Shown here in pieces: positions 37,682-51,337 of a DNA stretch of 64,000 nt. The notes below the pieces were generated by a model, which saw nothing but the letters and a program-made list of their open reading frames with translations, made no database searches and was not told the origin of the DNA. The DNA lies in the NCBI GenBank assembly GCA_009103225.1, contig RHPI01003533.1, forward strand, positions 223,950 through 287,949. The letters are read 5' to 3'. Within the stretch, counting starts at the first letter, position 1, and each line of letters opens with the position of its first letter. The stretch is from Chlorokybus atmophyticus (taxonomy: Eukaryota > Plantae > Mesostigma and Chlorokybus algae). A program made the position numbers and the translations under genes.

Positions 37682-40222
37682 AGGAATTAATCAATAAAAT
37701 TGTAGAGTATTGCTGGCACAACCTGCAAATACCCCCTCTCCCTCAACGTGAGGTGGAGTAATTTTACATGATTAAAACCCCCCCACAGGAGTGTTTTGGT
37801 TGGTAATTTTCTGTTTTTCTTGCTGCAATTTTGGCTAAGTCCTTGGTGTCTCACAAGGGTGAGTTGGGCTGGAGCACCGTCCTTCGTCGTCACGCCCGGC
37901 AGCGCGTCGTCACACTTGCCGTCACACTTGCCGTCACTCTTGCCGCCCCACGCCCTGCCACCCGCTGTTCCTTAATCCACTTAATACTCCAGAGTTAAGG
38001 TCGCGTCCTCAACTCAATTAAGTGATTACGAACGGCCCTGCAGTGCTGTTCGCGGCTACTGCCGTAGGTGTAACACCTACGTCCCTTTGGCAGTGCTACG
38101 CAACCCTATTTGGCGGTCGTAGGTTTCACACCTACATCGGCGGTCGTAGGTTTTATACCTAGTGGTGTCCGGTACCCCACAAATGGCTTATTATCACCGG
38201 CCTAACTGGCCCAATGACCGCTCCGATACCAAAAGAAGCCGGTGGATGACCGGTAGTGGCGCAGTCACCATCGTCATTCACGTGGCCTGTGCGCCGAACG
38301 TATTAGCACACACAGCTCATGCCCACCCGGGGAGGCAATGAGCAAAATTCATTGTGAAATTGTGACATTCACATAAGCACGCCATGCATCATTCACTCAA
38401 GTTTCAGAAGTCATTCTTGTATCAAAGATGCTTGAAGACAAGGCGGCTCCCGGGTTGCCTACAAGTGAGCCGCTGAACTACTTTTATACCCTTGTCACTG
38501 GTCTTATCCAACTAGGCATGCAATAACAAATAAGCTTATTAACCACTGTTTGATTAATAATGCAACTATTATATGTCGGCATAGCCACACTAGGGCATCT
38601 TCCCTAGCTATTTACAGCCATTTCCTGCAGTAAGACCCGTGGCTAACTGCCTTATTATGCGATCACATGGTTAATTAAATAACCAACATTATTTTAACTA
38701 CATCAACACCTACTGGCCGTTGATGCAGCACCTCCTCGCCGTCTTCATCGCACGGTCGTCACGCTCCGCGCACGGTCTTCATCGTTGTGTCGTGATTGGA
38801 CCACGCGGCCTGGTCGCTGTCTCGCTGCCGGGCACCCGTCTAGTACCCACAACCACTCCCCACCGGCGCGATAAGTGGCCTCCTATCCATTGCGCGCCAG
38901 GATAGCGCGATGGATAGGAGGGTCAGATAGATGAGGACTATCCTAGAAAAGATAAATCATTTCTAGGATAGTTGGAGCGGTGGGATAGGAGTTGATTGCG
39001 CCCCAACACTTGACGCGTGTGCTTCTGACAGTAGGAATTGTGGTTGGCGGGAATTACAAAATAGGGTTAGGGAGATTTCAGCAGCATTGGTGGCAGAGGC
39101 AGCAGGGGCGGCGGCAGCGGCGGTGGGGGAGGTGGCGGGCGCACGCGGTGCTGGGTGGTTGATTAGGGCGTTGCATTGCAAGTGGCGTTAAATTGTTGCC
39201 GCTTATGGCCGGCTGCAATTGGCTGCGCCGAGCTGATGGTAGTGTGTTCGATCGCTACCAGGACAATCAGTACGTCACAGGTGTGTTCCGGACCAAAACC
39301 ATGCAATGGGTGTTTATGGTTGTGGTTGTGTTGTTGTTGTTGTTGTTGTTGTTGTTGTCGTTTTTGTTGTTGTTGAGGAGGAGGAGGAGAAAGAGGGGGA
39401 GGAAGTGGAGAGGGACGAGGACTTGACGTGCTGTCAATCATGCTTATTGTAGTTGCATTCTTGTTGTTGTTGTTGAGGAGGAGGAGGAGGAGGTGGAGAG
39501 GGGTTGAGGAGGAGGAGGAGGAGGAAAGTAGATTGTGCAGTCAGTGCTGCTATGATTTTGTGTGTATGCGCATGGAGTGGATTGTACTGTCATTCATGTT
39601 GTGTTTGTGTGTGGGGGTGCAGAGCTGCAGGAGGAGGAGGAGCGGCGTCAGGCACAGGCAACCAAGTCTCACACCCTTGCATTTAATACGTGTGGCCCAT
39701 ACAATGGAGTCCTTGTGCCTGCTGGCTATGACAGTCAGCCGGCATGGGATGAATTGCAGAGCTAATCTCAGCAACGTCAACAGGTTGCTGTATTATCATG
39801 TTGCAATATTGTCATGTGTTGTGTTCGGTTTATGAGGTCTATGCATGCATGTGCAACTTGGACGTGCAACTGAGTATGCATCTTGTTCATGGGATCAATC
39901 GCAGAGCCAACCTTACAAGCAATGCCTGGGCAGGTGGGCAACTGTCAGTGCTTGCAGTTTTGCTGTGCTGTTACGTGCTTTCATACTTGTAGTTTGATTT
40001 GTATTGGTTCTCAAGCAACTTGATCAGGATGGGCCATTGGGGAGACCATCTACCTCCCATACATGCATGCAGCAACTAGCGCCTCCTGCTGGTCGGCCCT
40101 TCATGCATCCCTACATAAACAAGCACACGCCAATGCCAGCCACACCTGGCGCTGGGCATCAGCCAGCATTTCTTCCTCCTGCACACACGCCACACCCATT
40201 TTAGGTGACGATAAGCAACCTA

Positions 40223-40258
<36 letters not shown>

Positions 40259-40429
40259 TCTGAAACATTGCTGCATGTAGAACTGCTCGGGAGTGCCACC
40301 CACACACCCCAGCGACCCGCGTGGTGCACACCCGTCCTTCAGCAACGCACACACGCCAGCTCAAGTCGTGAGTGCTATACATCCTGCACATTACCTCAAC
40401 CACAATTGCTGATGCTGCCATGCGTGCAA

Positions 40430-41200
40430 CTGCTTATGATGGCATCTGCTCTTGCACCTGTTGAATTGTTAATGTGTTGAGCGGGTACACTGGTGTACAG
40501 TCGGCACCATCCCACGACACCCAAGCTTCACATGGTGCGGAAGGCTTGAACAAAGACGACTCGACACAGCACCTCGACATGCAACCCAACGCCCATGATG
40601 TTGGCAATGAACAGGCAGACACAGGGGTGAGTTAGTAGCATGACACCATTGCTTGCTGTAAAGTGCTGCAGCTGGACATGATTGATTAATGCATGGGGCG
40701 CAGCAGACTCAAGGCGATCCTGCTGGCAAGAAGCGAAAAGCAACAGCAAAGCGCATCAAAGACGGTGTTGGACATGTCGCAAAGCAAATAAAAACCCGGG
40801 CACGAGAAATGCGAACAGCCTCCACCCATCTAGGTCCAGTCAAATACTGAGCATGACGATCCCACCACACTTCATCACGGAAATATTTCCACACTCGTCC
40901 GGTGAGGAGCATCCCAGACTCTGTGAGCAGCTGGCCAAGCATGGCTAAAAGCTGAGTAGATGGGTATGTTGCCAGAGGTCTTTGCGAGAGCGGTGATGGT
41001 GCATGAGCCATCTCCAGCAACATGTCCTCTTCATCATATATCTGAGCCAGCTGCAACCGAGTATCTTCCATTTACACGTCCATAAAGCCAATCGAGACCA
41101 CTTGTTGCTGCACATTCAGCAACCACATGACGATGATGACGCTTATTGCAGTGGCGTCATCCATTGTCTGTGCAATTGGGTCTGCACAGGCATGCACAGC
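40430..41200 (-). mobile_element. PIF/Harbinger transposase N-terminal relic
   Basis: WWDRHAQYLTGPRWVEAVRISRA(R)FYLLCD (~40780-40870) and IANIMGVG (~40585) resemble the WW..FRMS..F..LC and IA..FGVG blocks of HARBI1/PIF transposases. No DDE core found. Confidence 0.45.
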
Positions 41201-44200
41201 TTGTTGGAATTGCGAGCAGCATGTCAACCTCATCACATATATACACACGGTTGTGTTACAATGTGCTTGCATGATGTTTGGCATGCTGTGAGTGATGTCA
41301 TGCATGTCTACAACTACTGGCAGCATATCCTGTCATCACACAAGCATCACTGCTACTTCAACTGCCAGTCATAGAGCAAAGAAACACAACTTGTAAAAGG
41401 ATTTCAAGTATTATGCCTAGCAACATTCAGAGTCAATGCTAACTTAGGTATCAAGTATCACCCACTTACATGCTAGCTAGCCTGTCCTCACAATTTAATT
41501 TGCACGCCTGACGCTGCATTACAATCCATGCTTCACCGCTCTGGTACTGGCCGACGCAGACCTGCCACAAGCTGAAGGTCAGATCTTGATTTGTGTGCCG
41601 CTCACATGTATGCCGACACACACTCCCATATAGACACCCACCAACGCAGACGCACTGACTGACTAGCAACCCACCCACCCACCCACCCACCCACCCACCC
41701 ACACACCCACACACACACTGATGCACTGACGAACGCACTGTCTGACGCGAACACGACTTACTCCAACTACCCCACCTCATGCACAGACACACGAGCCACA
41801 CACGCACACACCAAAGCACCGACTGCCTGACTGACGAGCTGCAGTGCCAGCGCCTCGCCCACCCCCCAACCCCACCCCACACATACCCACGCACACAAAC
41901 GTTTGCACACCGCACTGAATGATACGCATTCATACGACTCACCCGTATGCCTATTGTGCTGCTGTGCTGCCAACCGCCGCCAACCACAACACGCCTGTTG
42001 CCGCCGCCCAAGACGCCAACGCCACCACCACCACCAGAGCAGCGCTAGCGCCAGCGCCACCACCACCACCAGAGCAGGGCGTCACAATGGCGGCAAATCA
42101 CGCCCTCGTCACTCGAGGGCTCCCGCTGCTAGCAAAACCCTAATCCGCTAGTAGTCGGTGTAGACTATACACCGAGGCTCGCAATAGGATGTGATAAATG
42201 AGCTGTTTTTCGAACGATTTATGTTCTATCCTATTCGACTGCTATTTGTCCGGTAGGGAGAGCCTCTTAATGCTTGGTTAGGCAGGGACGTTAACATATA
42301 TCTGTATGCCTCTTGTGTCCGTTTTATTGCGTAAGAGCAAGGCGGCACTCAGAGTGCCGTTTACGCAGTAAGGCCCTCACTCATTGTTACTGTTCAACTA
42401 GGTAAACATCGCATGTTCGGTGGACCAATAAGTTTGACTAAGTGAACTCCAATGGCATTGCTGTCACCTAAACCAGGGTTGTTGTACCACCACAAAAGTG
42501 TTTACCGTCACATTGTTGTGATAAACACTCTTTGACTACGAAGTGATGTTCGTGTAGACCAATAACATAACATTTAATCATCAATTCAAATTATATGTGC
42601 GCGAATCCTATTCAATGGTGTTGAAACGATACTCCATTGATCTTATTGACATGCGGCCGATATTGCGTCAAAAGTCATATCTGCGTAATTGGATTCGCTC
42701 GGCAAGTTGCCAATGACTTGGCAAGCGGTCCGAACATCTTGCATGCAATATAACTGCATTTGTCAACCAGTTCGATCGCTGCGGGCATGTGGAGGGTTGC
42801 GCAAAATAAAGAGTGTAGGCAGCGAGGATTTATCACAACATGCACATGGCGGATGAGGCTGATCGTGAGTGTGAGGATAGCCAGCATGAGCACCATGAGC
42901 ACAAAAAAGAACGTTCCATGCCTGGCAAGAAGGCTGATTAGCTCAGGTTTTGAAAACAATTATGGGTTGCCGACGGCTTTGATATGTGCGGTAGCTATTG
43001 CAGCACTTGCATGGCACATTAATGGCAGTGTATACAGAAAAACACGTTGGTGCACTGCTATAAAAGGGGTTTGAATGTGTTTGTAAAGCTTATGAGCGCT
43101 TCATCCTCAATAAGCCCGATGGGTTCATGGAGCAGTGGAACAAGTTGAACAAAAGTAGGTTTTATTCCGTATGCTGGAGCAACTTGAAACAGAAGGCCCT
43201 TGCCCTATGCTTGAACAACTAAAAATGAAGGCATTTAGCTTTTTAATTATGACATTTGAGATGACGCGATCTGGTGCACATGCTTAAATTCCGGGCTTAA
43301 GCGATATGACACGTACGAAGGGTATGTGATGCAACATGCTAAAGATGAGAAACTACGACATCCTCTCACGGTATACGTTGCTAAACCCATGCATTGAATG
43401 GAAGCACGTCAGCAATATAACTTTTATTTAAAGTCTTCAGCATTGTATATAAATATCTTCAAAAGCAGTGTCTGCAATCACGGATAAATATGGCGTCCCA
43501 GTTAAAAGTCGAGCCACACGGGAAGCACCCGCTGCGGTATCGCATGCAGCCATGCAATCATGAGCACGAATTGACATAATAATAATCATCAGCATGTGGT
43601 AAATAATTCAAAGCTCTGTTTCAACACTTTTGCTGGCTGAACATTTGTGACTGCCACAATCATTGCATTACATGATTTATCGATGCCCTACTTGCTAAGT
43701 ATATGAGTCATATAGTAATTTTCATCGCTCATCGCATGATTGAGTAATGCATGACAATGGTGTTTGAAAGTTATGCTAGCCACTCGTTAACATTGTATGT
43801 GTCACATACAATGTATTGGCGATTGTCAATTGGGCAATGATGTCGCAAATACTTGCAATTTTGTTGGTAAAACAAATTGCCATAATACAATTTGCACCTC
43901 AAACGAGCGTCAACATCACTCATTGGTTTTGATCGACATGTCGAGAGTTTGAGCTATCTTATGCTGGCTATAATAAGGGAAATCAATAACAATCATTGAC
44001 CGGCATGACATTTGCAAGTTGATGTTATTGATTTTTATAATAATATTGTGATGTATAATTGTACATGAATTTTTGCAAAACTTGTGCAGTATGCCTACAT
44101 CCAAAAAATGTAAATCAGCGATGTATACATAAATTTACATCAGTGTGCATAACACGATCATTGAATTATAAGGTGAGCAAAAAACCTATATAGCGCACTT

Positions 44201-44861
44201 TTATTTTTATGCAATCAATGTGTGTACTTTTCACTTTGTAATAATTATGCTAGTGCAAAATTAAAATTCACATGAAATTCACATATATGCACATTATCAC
44301 ATGGCCAGGTTGATATGCTGAATTCATTTATATCGATGTAATATGCTATATCAATGCCCATATTAAGCAATCGCCTCCTTTTTTAAATCGAAAGAACTTA
44401 TACACCGCACCATAAACGACATCATTATTCAATGCGTTGCGCTATAGCGCCTATGTATGAATTATCCTTAGATTGATAAGCACATTGTCACAACATACAT
44501 GTACAAACCTGTGAATTTACTGACATCATGATATCTTGGTTGTTTGCTCACCTCTGTAAGTAACATGAACGCTTTTCGTATAGACTTCGAGACATATAAC
44601 TCCTGTGACAGAAGCAGCTTTCCTGCAAGCAAATCGCTTTCAGCAGTTGTCTAACATCCAGAACATGCTCTTACCCATGTGCAAACCGCATGCCTGTGAC
44701 CAAGTAAGCAGACACGTGACCAGCCGCGGGCGACCCTGTTATCTGTTACATTTGCCCCAAAGAAGCTGAAAGGTTGGTTGGCGTCATACTTGTTCGTGTC
44801 CGTGTCAGCCTCCGCCTCCGCCTCCACCTGCGCCGCCTCTGCATCGTCCTGCCACTTTGAC

Positions 44862-47051
44862 ATGGACGTGCTGAAGGGCAGGCGGCGCCCCGTGGCGACT
44901 GCGGCGGCGGCGCCTATGGCGGCGGCTGTCAACAACAACAACGGCAACAGCAATAGCCACGAGAAGGACATGACGCCTGAGGCTGTGCTGCAGCTGAATG
45001 GCCCTTGCAAAGGTTAGGGTTTGGACTTACATCAATTGTGTGATTGATCTGGAGTTGTGAGGTCAAAAGCTCGGGCATAGAACAGTAGATTAATGAGTTG
45101 ATTGACGGATTGACTAAGTATTGGCTCAAAGGAATGATCCAAGCATTGATCAATAAATCACCTTCCTTGTTATTCCAATCAATCGCTCGGGCAACTGCTT
45201 GAGTGATCCATTGCTTGGTTGTTTGATTGCTCCATTCATTGCCTGGTTGCCTAAAAGCCTGAAAGAAGGAGTGACCACGGAGTCACTATGTGTTAGCCAT
45301 ACGCGCGCTGACATGGTACGCTGTATCTTGTACATGGAGCCTTTGATCGACTTTGACCCACCCACCTACCTGACTCGTACACGCAGTTTCGACAAACACC
45401 GCTGTGGTGCACATTTCATCAATGTGGGGCATATTTGCTGCATATTATCATCAGCAACATCCAAACCAATTATCGACAAAAGAGTGTGCGGATGGATCAG
45501 ATTGACTCACTGAACGAGCGAGTAGAAGAACTGGTAAGTGAGTGAGTATATATAATTAACATAGTTCGAGGATCGCATAGAGCTACAAATGATGTGGATA
45601 AGTACGATTGGAAGTGTTCCAATTAGACCAACCTGCATGAATCTGGCTTCCTTGTGACACACCAAGCTCTTGGACACACACGCTGCAAGTATCAGTCAAC
45701 GTGTGTGAGCTCAGTTTATAATAAGTATACACGTATACATACATTCTGCAATGACTCAGCCTATGATGTAGATCTTGGTAAGTACACATGTATAACTACA
45801 ACCTTTTTGAGGTGTTATTAGTTGTGGTTCTCAGTACGCTCTCAGTACGCACCTGTGTACACATGCACCTCTTTCCATGCGCGCAGGCTTTCTGTGCCCG
45901 CTGTCGGCCAACGTGTACGGTATAGAGTTCTTACAGTTTGAGATTCGTGACTACGACTCTGGGCGAGTCCTCTTTTCCGTCAAGCGTGAGGGCGAGGCCC
46001 CACCAATGCCCTCCGGTAAGCAAACAGCACACATGAGCCCAACAGCACATGTGTGTGTGCGCGTGCGCGCTACAAGGCTTAATCAATCAAAGTGTAGAAT
46101 GTGCAAGTATTGTAACATCTCATCAAACTCCGCAGCAAGTTTAGTGACTCCTTGGTTGTGAAATGCCAACAAAGGTCTCACAAGTCTCGTCAATGTGCAG
46201 GCCCAATTGACCCCGCGGTTGAGACGGCCATGCGCACTATCCGCTACACCTTCCCTGCAGAGTTCTTCAAGTTCAAGACCATTCGCACAGCGCTCGTTTT
46301 TGGGGTCGGCCCACGAGAGGTAAGGGGTTCTGTTGAGGTAGTTATACGCAAGCAAGTGCATGAATGCAAGCATGTCAGGCAGGCGCGAGTGCGTGTGCCA
46401 CGCACGCACATGTGTATACGTGCATGCGCGTGTGGATGCACATACAACGCACACGCTTGCACATTTACACAAGTGCTCTTGTGTGGTGCGCATTGACTAG
46501 CAAAGCTGCACTTAACTGTCCAACCCAAACCCCAATTCCAACCTCAATGCCAGGTGCCGAACTTCCGGATGATCGAGAGGCACTACTTCAGGGGGAAGCT
46601 GCTGAGGAGTTACGACTTCAAGTTCGGGTTCTGCATCCCCAACTCAACCAACTCCTGGGAGGCTGTGTACCCCGTCCCCAAACTGTCCAAAGACGAGAGT
46701 GAGTGCACAGCATTGTTTGGTTGGTTTTTATGTCCCTTTTCAGCTCCCTATTCAGTCAAAGACTCAGTGAACCAGTTAGCTGATCTCCAAAACTCTGAAT
46801 CAGTTGTTCAATTGCTGAAGTGGTCAAGCGGTTAGCCAACAGAGAGAACAACTGAACACTGATCCAATCCTTGAATAATAATGATGTGCACAGAAGTGTT
46901 ACAACTTATGCGTTGTTGTTGTTGTGCATGTTCCTCAGTCAAGCAGATGCTGGCGGCGCCGTACGAGACAAGCTCGGACACGTTCTACTTTGTCAACAAC
47001 CAGCTGGTCATGCACAACAAGGCCGAGTACGCCTACCGCCAGACCTCGTGA
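44862..47051 (+). CDS. UNC119: UNC119 (GMP-PDE delta family lipid-binding ciliary trafficking protein); exons 44862-45012, 45887-46015, 46201-46319, 46554-46698, 46939-47051
   Basis: All introns GT-AG and phase-consistent; [80 protein letters not shown]. Confidence 0.95.
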
Positions 47052-48429
47052 TGAAGACTTGTCTGCATCAGCGCTGTAACAATAAGCTCGTGTTGCATTG
47101 GTTTCTTTTTGTTGGTGTACAAAATATGGTTGTGGCAGCACTTGGATTAGGTAGTGATTTCTTCTGTGTCAGGGACAGAGGGTGTTGGTTGGTTGTTAAA
47201 ATGGCAAGTGCACACTGTATTGTATGATGTTTGCAAACCTCATCTATTCGCATGTTGTGGGACACATGTAAGTCTCACACACACACACGCATGAGTGCAC
47301 ATACCCGTGTGCGCAGGTGCAATGCACGGAATGCAATCAAGTACACGTGTATGAATGCTGTTTGGTGCATTAGGCACTGTACATGTGGGAGTAACGGTTT
47401 GACTTCGTGCGGATGCGGTGTCAATTATATTTTACCCCCTTCCCCCCCNNNNNNNNNNNNNNNNNNNNNNNNNNNNNNNNNNNNNNNNNNNNNNNNNNNN
47501 NNNNNNNNNNNNNNNNNNNNNNNNNNNNNNNNNNNNNNNNNNNNNNNNNNNNNNNNNNNNNNNNNNNNNNNNNNNNNNNNNNNNNNNNNNNNNNNNNNNN
47601 NNNNNNNNNNNNNNNNNNNNNNNNNNNNNNNNNNNNNNNNNNNNNNNNNNNNNNNNNNNNNNNNNNNNNNNNNNNNNNNCCCCCCAAAGAAAAGCAAAAC
47701 CTTTGCCAGCCCTCGAAAGCAGCCCAAACGCACGTTGCACTATTTTCTATACTGGATGTGCGTCTTATCATGTGCGACAAACTGGTTGTACATGACACGA
47801 TGTGTCGAATTGAATAGACATAGAGCACATAAGAGCTGCGCTAGGCACGCTCAAAGGTAGAATGCAAGATGCAAGCACACAGCCAGCATAGTACAAGCAA
47901 ACAGCAGTAGCACACAGCACAAGCAATAAATTAGACCGGGGGCCAAGACATTGCTTTACAACAAGACGAAAGGCAAAGAACACTCTAGAGGTTAGCCCAG
48001 GGCTCGCCAAGATTTCAGCAAGCATGACGACGACTGCAACGCTGACGACGACAACAATCGCTTGGCCCCCCGCTTAGTCGACTGCGCCGCCAGGTGTAAA
48101 ATATGGCCCACCGGTCCTACCAGCGCCTGCCCACAGCAGTCTTGCCACACGATTAACTTAAGACGCTTCAAAACCTCAGCAGCCATTTCTTATGATAAGC
48201 GTTACCGATTATGACTGTTAGGCACATGCATATGAGACACCGTTCATGAGTTATTTTGCAGCAAATCAACACATGCACTAGCACTAGCACCCGCGCAAGT
48301 GTATTGTATGACAGTGACATACATGTGGGCATGGCATGACGCTGACATACATGTGGACAGTATGAACGGCTCCCCACACTTGCTCACCTGTACTTACCTC
48401 ACTCACCTGCTGTCGTAGTAGTATATGCC

Positions 48430-50195
48430 TTAGCAGTCGCAGCCTGCCACCTGGCACAGACGAGGTCGAGTGTGGGTACGTTGTATCAGACACCCTGCCC
48501 GACCTGTTGTACATCCACTGCAACTTGTTGAAAGAACACTCTTAGCATATCCTTCACGTTGCATGGCAATTGAAAGTGCTACCATATAAGACAGAAAGTG
48601 GGCTGTATACCGTATACATGACGTGCTCAAGCGTAAGAAGCAGATACATTGTAACACAACTACCCCCAACTTAGCATGTGACGCAATGTTGGTTGCTGGG
48701 TGTGGGGCCCTTCTCCTTTGTATCTGTGACGGTGCTCGTGCCTTGTCACCTGTGAGTTGGTCCAATCCACAACCCTCTCACCAAGACACGGTATTCACAC
48801 CGGAACCTTGCCCCCTCTGCCAAGCACACACGCGCGCCCCGCCACTCGCGTACGCACGCGCATGCGCTCGAAGCTACACACCGACTTGTGTAGCGCCTTG
48901 GATCGTCACACAAGCAAGCACACACCAGTGGCCACACGCTAGCAACCCCTGCTAACCACCACCAAGCTTGCACACCAGAAACTAGGGAGCTAAAGGTTGT
49001 ATTGCAAATTGTAGAATGTCACTTTGATACCAGTCTGCACATGCTACTGTCTAGACGATTCTAGCGCTAGACGGAACTAGAAGCTAAGATATTCTTGCAG
49101 AATCTTGTAGTACACTTCTAGACCTTTCCAACGCACCAAAGATCTCCTAATTTGCTGCTCATATGGTCAAGTTATACTACTTGGCGCCAGGCCCTTCCAG
49201 AAATCTGGTCGAGCCCTTCTCGACTGGCCCTCCGTTTTCTGGCACCTTCCGGACTGGTCTTGGGGCCCCGGTCGATATCCGCGGCAGACTCATAACTCGC
49301 CGATATCCGCCACAAGTCATTAAAAACATGTACCTTACAAATAAGGCCTAAAACGGCCATGAAAATCACAGAATTTGGCCTTGACTGTTACAGTATCCCC
49401 GCAAACTATAGCTTGTTCAATTTGCAATAAATCTGTCAGCACAATCCCTCATCATGTGTTTGTAACAATGTCATATTTAAGAATGCAATAGAAGTGCCAC
49501 TAGCAGACGAAATGAGAGTGAGTGTCTGCTGCGGATAGATGCCCCCTCCCAAAGCAGTCTCCCCCGCATACGTCACAACTTTAACCTCTGGCAAGTCTAG
49601 TATTAAAACATCATCCACATAACTCCGGACGGACATACACCATTTGTGCAAGGGGTCTAAGTGCCCTTGAGCCCTGAGCGTGCGGATCAATGTCAATTCC
49701 TTTTTGCTCAAGTAGAGATTGGCCAAGTCGACAATGTTTATTAGACACCCGCATTGTTGCCCATTGGTATTTCAATGGCTTGTTTATGCAACCGGTCTCC
49801 TGCAGTGCTGACATACAGGCTACACAATAAGTACTCCAGCAGAGCAGTCAGAGCATCTGCAATGTAAACTTTACAGTAGCTGTATCTCGCTGTGTTGCTC
49901 CATGTCACCCACTAATGCTGCAAGACCCTTGCATCCAAATGAGTTTTAGCACAGTAGCACCCTTGTTCTGTTTTTCAGCAAAAGTAAACAGCTCCTGCAC
50001 CAGCTATAACAAATACATCAACAAATGTGCATAACTGATGTTTGTGTACAGCTGTGCAAAATCATACGCTGCCAAGGACAATGGTACCAGCTTATCTGCT
50101 GCTGTGCGGCTGGTGTTCTAGTGTTGTAGCAGCGGTTGAACTCCTAATGACTTTTGTAATACTAAACCGGTTCGCGCCCGCCCATCTGCTTGTTG
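48430..50195 (-). mobile_element. 5'-truncated Penelope-like element RT relic (Naiad/Chlamys-like), interrupted by a solo LTR
   Basis: YDFAQLYTNI (~50040-50070); LLEYLL..LYV..GDRLHKQAIEIPMG (IPMG 49759-49770); LANLYL; YVDD 49610-49621; GIYP...IAFLNMTL; after removing the LTR, PHPATNIASHAKLGVV..Q..F.RLS...EGY. Confidence 0.85.
48725..49392 (-). mobile_element. Solo LTR of the 23013-29077 chromovirus family
   Basis: Reverse complement of the LTR end to end; TSD GTATC on both sides. Confidence 0.96.
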
Positions 50196-50197
50196 CC

Positions 50198-50431
<234 letters not shown>

Positions 50432-51337
50432 GCTGGCTTGTGCGTGTNGCGTGAGGTTGCCGTTGCTTGCGCGTGAGCACACTTGCATTGGTACCACTAG
50501 AAAGCCTATGTATAATATAGAGTGAAGGTTACATGGCCAGAGCCACAACAGTCCTGATTAAAATTACTATAACATACGTGTTTACAAGACATTATTAATA
50601 CACAACAATGCAAATAATCAGATATTAAACGTACGTACTTTTAAGCTTCTCCTCTTGTACCGATGGCATAACGTTTTTGAATACAAGTCGTTAACTTTCA
50701 CACCTGCCATGCACATATTATTAAATTTGACAGGTTATTCATACTTATTACGCGAGCGCTAATTAACTTGCACGCATCAACCAGATCAGGTAAGTTGATG
50801 TCACGGATGAGTTATGTCTTAATATATGCATGCTTTGCGTCTGTATCATCAAAAGCCTATATGTGAAACTTAAAGCTAAATAAAAGTGATGGGTTACCAC
50901 TTTCCCCCCCGCCCNNNNNNNNNNNNNNNNNNNNNNNNNNNNNNNNNNNNNNNNNNNNNNNNNNNNNNNNNNNNNNNNNNNNNNNNNNNNNNNNNNNNNN
51001 NNNNNNNNNNNCCCCCCCCCTCCCCCCCCGCCCGGGGGGATTTTATGATGTTTCTCTACCGCTTACATTGCCCACTGTTCACAATAAAGCATTATACTAC
51101 CTGTGTAGAAGGCAATGACCTTTGATTAATCCAGGTTGATAAACCACGGGTTTGTGTTGACATGCCCGAACCGGTTTAGCTGCCATCCGCTTCCACATCA
51201 GCAGCTGACGCAAGCAAGCGAGCAACAGACCACAGTGTAGCCCAGGCCTCCGCCAGGCCAGGCCAGGCCTGGGCGGGGCGGACCACGCCAGGCCAGGCCA
51301 GATTTCTGAGAGGAGGTGTGCTTCTCACGGAGGAGCT

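Larger units (their letters stand above)
29476..38851 (-). mobile_element. Full-length Ty3/Gypsy element (non-chromo) with extra 3' coding region, inactivated
   Basis: LTRs 29476-30097 and ~38235-38851 (about 9 substitutions by eye); 4-bp TSD ACCA; PBS (revcomp of 38220-38231) TGGTATCGGAGC; PPT revcomp of 30109-30120. Confidence 0.93.

Noticed and set aside
47231-47860. ORFs spanning N runs (also 9685-10670, 50886-51125, 60818-61211)
   Set aside because: Apparent length is created by Ns; only the part 9740-9950 with DNMT motif I is accepted.
47800-48450. Hammerhead ribozyme expected in Penelope pseudo-LTRs
   Set aside because: No CUGANGA...GAAA core found by eye on either strand downstream of the RT relic.
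48430-48470. SBP-domain-like CQVAGC
   Set aside because: A stop follows immediately, the remaining Cys/His ligands are missing, and it lies in the Penelope tail frame.
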